From Podospora anserina (taxonomy: Eukaryota): 64,000 nt of DNA. The number at the start of each line of letters is the position of its first letter. Position 1 is the first letter of the stretch. Shown here piece after piece: positions 59,344 to 64,000 of this stretch. Where the stretch lies: positions 2,852,001 to 2,916,000 of the forward strand of contig CM030334.1 of the NCBI GenBank assembly GCA_017654855.1, in the 5' to 3' direction. A program made the translations under genes and the position numbers. The notes under the pieces were generated by a model. That model was not told the DNA's origin, ran no database searches, and was given only the letters and a program-made list of their open reading frames with translations.

Positions 59344-62300
59344 ATGCCGGTCTCTATCGAAGAGTTGGACGCCACTGTCCGTGCCTTCTATGAGGGCCGC
59401 GGCGAACAGGTATGTTTTGATTCTACGCTTCTGTCGTCCAGGCAGTCACTCTCACACCGTCAATGTTGATGCTAACCGCCTGTTCTGTCTACAGCAAAAA
59501 GCTGCCCAAGCCGCTCTTAACCAGGCAAGTCTGCCACTCGCCTCATTCCCCACGATACCGATCCAGCAACACCCATAGCTCCATCCAAGCCGTTATCGAC
59601 TAACTCTGCGATTGTAGTTCAAGGAAGACCCTGATGCCTGGTTGATGGTCGACGATATACTCTCGAAGGCGAGCTACGAACAGACGAAATGTTGGTTTCC
59701 GATTCTTATCCGGGCGCAGAGGGACTGGGTCTGAGGTGATACTAACTGCGACATCTAGTCTTGGGTCTCCAAGTTCTCGATCATGTCATCATGACGAGGT
59801 GGAAGGTTCTGCCACGAGAGCAGTGCCAAGGTAGGTTACAGTGGTGTGTTGTTGGCCATGCTCGGGAGCTGTGGACTGACAACTGTCTAGGCATCCGTAA
59901 CTTCGTCGTTCTAACCATCATGCAATGCTCTGGCTCTGAGGAGTCGCTCAAGGCGAACAAGACACTACTCAACAAGCTGAACCTTGTTCTCGTGTCTGTC
60001 TTGAAGCAGGAGTGGCCTCACAACTGGCCTACATTTATCAACGAGATCATCTCTGCCTGCCACTCGAGTCTGTCAGTCTGCGAGAACAACATGACGATTC
60101 TGAGACTCCTCTCCGAAGAGGTGTTCGACTACTCAGCCGAGCAAATGACTTCCACCAAAACCCGCAACCTCAAGACAACGATGTGCAACGAGTTTTCCCA
60201 GATCTTTACGCTGTGCCAGGAAATCCTCAACAGCGCGACCCAACCAAGCCTCATCAAGGCCACCCTCCAGACACTGTTGCGCTTCTGCAATTGGATTCCC
60301 TTGGGGTACATTTTCGAGACGCCACTCATCGACACCCTCAGGACCAGATTCCTCGAGGTGCCCGAATTCCGGAATCTCACTCTCCAATGTTTGACGGAAA
60401 TTGGTGGTTTGCAGACGGGAGGTCCTGGCCAGGTCAACTCTTATGACGAACAGCTCGTCAAAATGTTCACCGAAACGTTGACGCAAATTTCCAACATTAT
60501 TCCTCTAGAGATGGATCTCAAGACAACGTATCCTCAAAGCAACTCTCGTGACCAGGAGACTATCCAGAACCTGGCGCTTTTCCTGTGCAACTTCTACTCC
60601 GCGCATCTACCCTTGATCGAGAACCTTCCCAACCGCGATTTCCTCACCCACGGTCATTTCTACCTCATCCGCATTTCACAGATCGACGACCGCGAGATGT
60701 TCAAGATTTGCCTCGACTACTGGCTTAAACTGGTGCAGGAGCTCTACGAGGAGATGCAGTCGCTACCTTTATCCGACATGACGGCTATGAGCGCCTTGGG
60801 TGGTGGCGGCGGCGCCCCCAATCCAGCACTGCTCAACAACTACCCGCTCCGCAAGCACAAGTACAACGAAGTGCTGTCGAACCTGAGAGTGGTCATGATT
60901 GAGAAGATGGTCAGGCCTGAGGAAGTCTTGATTGTGGAGAACGATGAGGGAGAAATCGTTCGTGAATTTGTCAAGGAAACCGACACTGTTCAGCTCTACA
61001 AGACGATTCGCGAGTGTCTCGTTTACCTCACCCATCTCGATGTCGTCGACACCGAGAACATCATGACTGAGAAGCTGTCGCGACAGGTCGACAGATCCGA
61101 GTGGTCGTGGCACAACTGCAACGTCCTCTGCTGGGCCATTGGTTCCATCTCTTTGGCCATGAACGAAGAGACGGAGAAGCGTTTCTTGGTGACCGTGATC
61201 AAGGAGCTCCTCGGTCTCACCGAGATCCAACGTGGCAAAGACAACAAGGCCGTTGTCGCCAGTAATATCATGTATATTGTTGGACAGTACCCCCGCTTCT
61301 TGAAGGCTCACTGGAAGTTCCTCAAGACGGTCGTCAATAAGCTGTTCGAGTTCATGCACGAGTCTCACGAAGGTATGCCACCCTATTCAAGCCAAATCTT
61401 TTGTTGCATTTCGCTAACTCTCAGACAGGTGTTCAGGACATGGCTTGCGACACTTTTATTAAGATTGCGAAGCAGTGCAGACGTCACTTCGTCGCTCTCC
61501 AGCCAAGCGAGAATGAACCCTTTATTGAAGAAATCATTCGAAATCTTGGGAGGATCACTTCCGACTTGACTCCTCAGCAGGTGCACACCTTCTACGAGGC
61601 CTGCGGTTACATGGTGGCTGCCCAGGGCAACAGGAATGTTCAGGAGCGCCTATTGACTGAGCTCATGAGCATCCCAAACACCGCCTGGGATCAGATCATT
61701 CAGGCGGCTACCCAGGACTCCACCATCCTCCAGAATGCCGATACCATCAAGATCATTGGCAACATCATGAAGACCAACGTCTCGGCCTGCTCCTCCATCG
61801 GCACATATTTCTTCCCTCAGATCGGTCGCCTCTACAACAACATGTTGGAGATGTACGCTACCACCAGTCAGCTGATTTCGCAGGCTGTCGCCCGCGAGGG
61901 TGAAGTCGCGACCAAGATGCCCATCGTTCGTGGCCTGCGGACCATCAAGAAGGAAATTCTCAAACTTGTGGAGACCTTCATTGACAAGGCTGAGGATCTC
62001 CAGACAGTGCGGGCCCAGATGGTTCCCCAACTTTTGGACTCTGTCCTCGTTGACTACAACCGCAATGTTCCTGGCGCCCGTGATGCTGAGGTCCTCAGGT
62101 GCATGACCGCCATGATCACAAAGCTCTCTGGGTTGATGGAGGATCAGGTTCCAGTCATCATGGAGAATGTGTTTGAGTGCACTTTGGAGATGATCAACAA
62201 GGACTTCTCTGAGTTCCCGGAGCACCGTGTCGAGTTCTTTAACCTGCTCCGCGCCATCAACCTCCACTGCTTCCCCGCCCTCTTGAAGCTCGACAACCGT

Positions 62301-62997
62301 CAGTTCAAGTTTGTCATCGACTCGTGCCTGTGGGCCAGCAAGCACGATAACCGCGATGTGGAAACTGCTGGTCTTAACATGTGCCTGGAGTTGATCAACA
62401 ACATTGCGGAGAAGACAGATGTTGCCACATCGAATGCGTTCTTCCAGCAGTTCTTCATCCCCATTCTTCAGGATGTCTTCTTCGTTCTGACGGACCAGGA
62501 CCACAAGGCCGGCTTCAAGACTCAGTCCATGCTCTTGATGCGCATGTTCTACTTTATCAGCCCTGCCGACGGCACCCAGCCCAAGATCCAGGGTCCTATT
62601 TATACCCCAGATCAGGCCCAGGGTTCCCCCAGCAACAAGGAGTTCCTCGGCTTGTTTGTGAGCAACCTCCTTCAGAACGCTTTCTCCAACCTGACTGCGT
62701 AAGTAACCTTAGTGGATTCTCATTGTCTTACGTGTATATGTACTAACAAGTTACAATAGCCCTCAAATCACCGCGTTTGTGGAAGGTCTCTTCACACTGA
62801 ACACGCAATACGACAAGTTCAGACTTGCGCTGCGTGATTTCTTGATCTCGCTGCGTGAGTTCGCCGGCGACAATGCTGAGCTTTACTTGGTGGAGAAGGA
62901 GCAGATGGAGCGTGACGCCCGGCAAGCTGACCTGGAGCGTCGTTCCAAGGTCGGCGGTCTGCTCAAGCCGTCTGAGCTTGAAGATGAGGACCTCTGA
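59344..62997 (+). CDS. CRM1: Exportin-1 (nuclear export receptor)
   Basis: MPVSIEELDATVRAFYEGRGEQ/QKAAQAALNQ/FKEDPDAW..., LKQEWPHNWPTFI, MVRPEEVLIVENDEGEIVRE, RGKDNKAVVASNIMYIVGQYPRFLKAHWKFL, EFPEHRVEFF, ending GGLLKPSELEDEDL. About six introns. Confidence 0.97.
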
Positions 62998-64000
62998 CTG
63001 GACCAAGAATTCCGTACCGAATTTGCGCCCTCACACGAAACCAATACCGCAACAGCAGAGCCGCGGTCGGGCGGGGAATATGACGGCTGGGTTGTCTACG
63101 GGGTTTAGCAGGATATGCAGATGGTAAGCTGAATAGCATGTCATTCCAGGTTCTTGTTTCTTGGGATTACGATCTCAAGATTTTATTTTATTTTCTTGCG
63201 CCAGCTATGTGACGCACTTGTAATGATACCATTAGAGAAGGGAACAAAGTTTGTTGGCTTTTTCTGTCAAAGGGACTTGTGGCTCCTCATATCAAAGATT
63301 GGGCTGACGAATCTGCCTATTGTTGGGTGGATTTTTTGCTTTTTGTGTTTTCTCATTGTGCGATCGTTCTCTCTTAGCGATGGGTTTGTGGAGGGGAAAG
63401 GAAAACATGAATGACATTGCTAGTGTTGTCAGTCAAATGTGATGATGACTGGCTGGCTCTTTGATGAGAGGGGAGAGAAATGGATATCAAGATGCTAGCT
63501 AAATATCAATAGGTACATTAGCAACACGGTTCTCGGCTGGGTAATAGCTTTTCTGAGACAGAAATGAGAAACGTTTTAAAGTGAGGAGATGGTGATGAGA
63601 TGACAAGCGAAAGAAGTGATTGTGTTTCGTGATGAAGGACTCCTAAGAGCCTTGGCTGCTGATACCTTCCACATGCCAGGGCCGCCCCGTATTTTGAGAC
63701 CAACGAAATGATACTTCTGATAGACCTCACACCAAAGGGCTGGCGCTCGGTAGGTCGTTCCTGCCTCTCTGGATATAGGATAGGTACTTACCCAAAGAAG
63801 CTCACATTCTCTCCTTGGCCCATTGTAACTTCCTCCTGTTCCTAATCTCGATTTTGGGCAGTTACGCCCCCTGACGCCAGTTTCATTATCAAGCTCAAGC
63901 CCTCAAGCTCTCTCAGGTTTGAGGGTCTTCTGCACCCCCATCTGCTGAGAAGCTTTTTTTTCCCCGGGCACTTTTTTTACAGGTCATCCGCGTACCTAGG

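Noticed and set aside
61650-62504. 284-aa minus-strand ORF (and 60769-61368)
   Set aside because: Antisense shadows of the highly biased CRM1 coding sequence.

Overview
Gene-dense, intron-containing DNA from a filamentous ascomycete. Short GT/GC-AG introns with CTRAC-type branch sites and the gene content point to Sordariomycetes, probably Sordariales/Podospora-like (inferred, not verified). The window holds about 23 protein-coding genes and one tRNA-Gly(GCC). Most are housekeeping or conserved: AT-hook protein, AsaB/CmcJ-like oxygenase, SDS3, LSM1, a secreted six-hairpin glycosidase-like protein, MOB1, ATP5, a GH63/MGH1-like glycosidase, a Mug190-like C2 protein, Pol iota-like Y-family polymerase, TMEM135-like, bHLH, carboxylesterase, TPX2-motif protein, DAD2, SGO1, VPS29, AGX1 and CRM1. 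The stand-out accessory locus is a fungal NLR-type immune receptor (PNP_UDP-NB-ARC-TPR, ~41.8-47.6 kb). It carries 18 near-identical 126-bp TPR units built combinatorially from a few sub-repeat alleles, with RIP-type transitions. An in-frame TGA at a Trp-equivalent position lies inside a candidate 57-nt in-frame intron whose donor motif recurs, in phase, in every repeat. Other notable items: a 3-nt micro-exon, four GC-AG introns, an AGX1 N-terminal extension with a PTS2, and a carboxylesterase with both an N-terminal membrane anchor and a PTS1. Exon boundaries were read by eye and may be off by a few bases.
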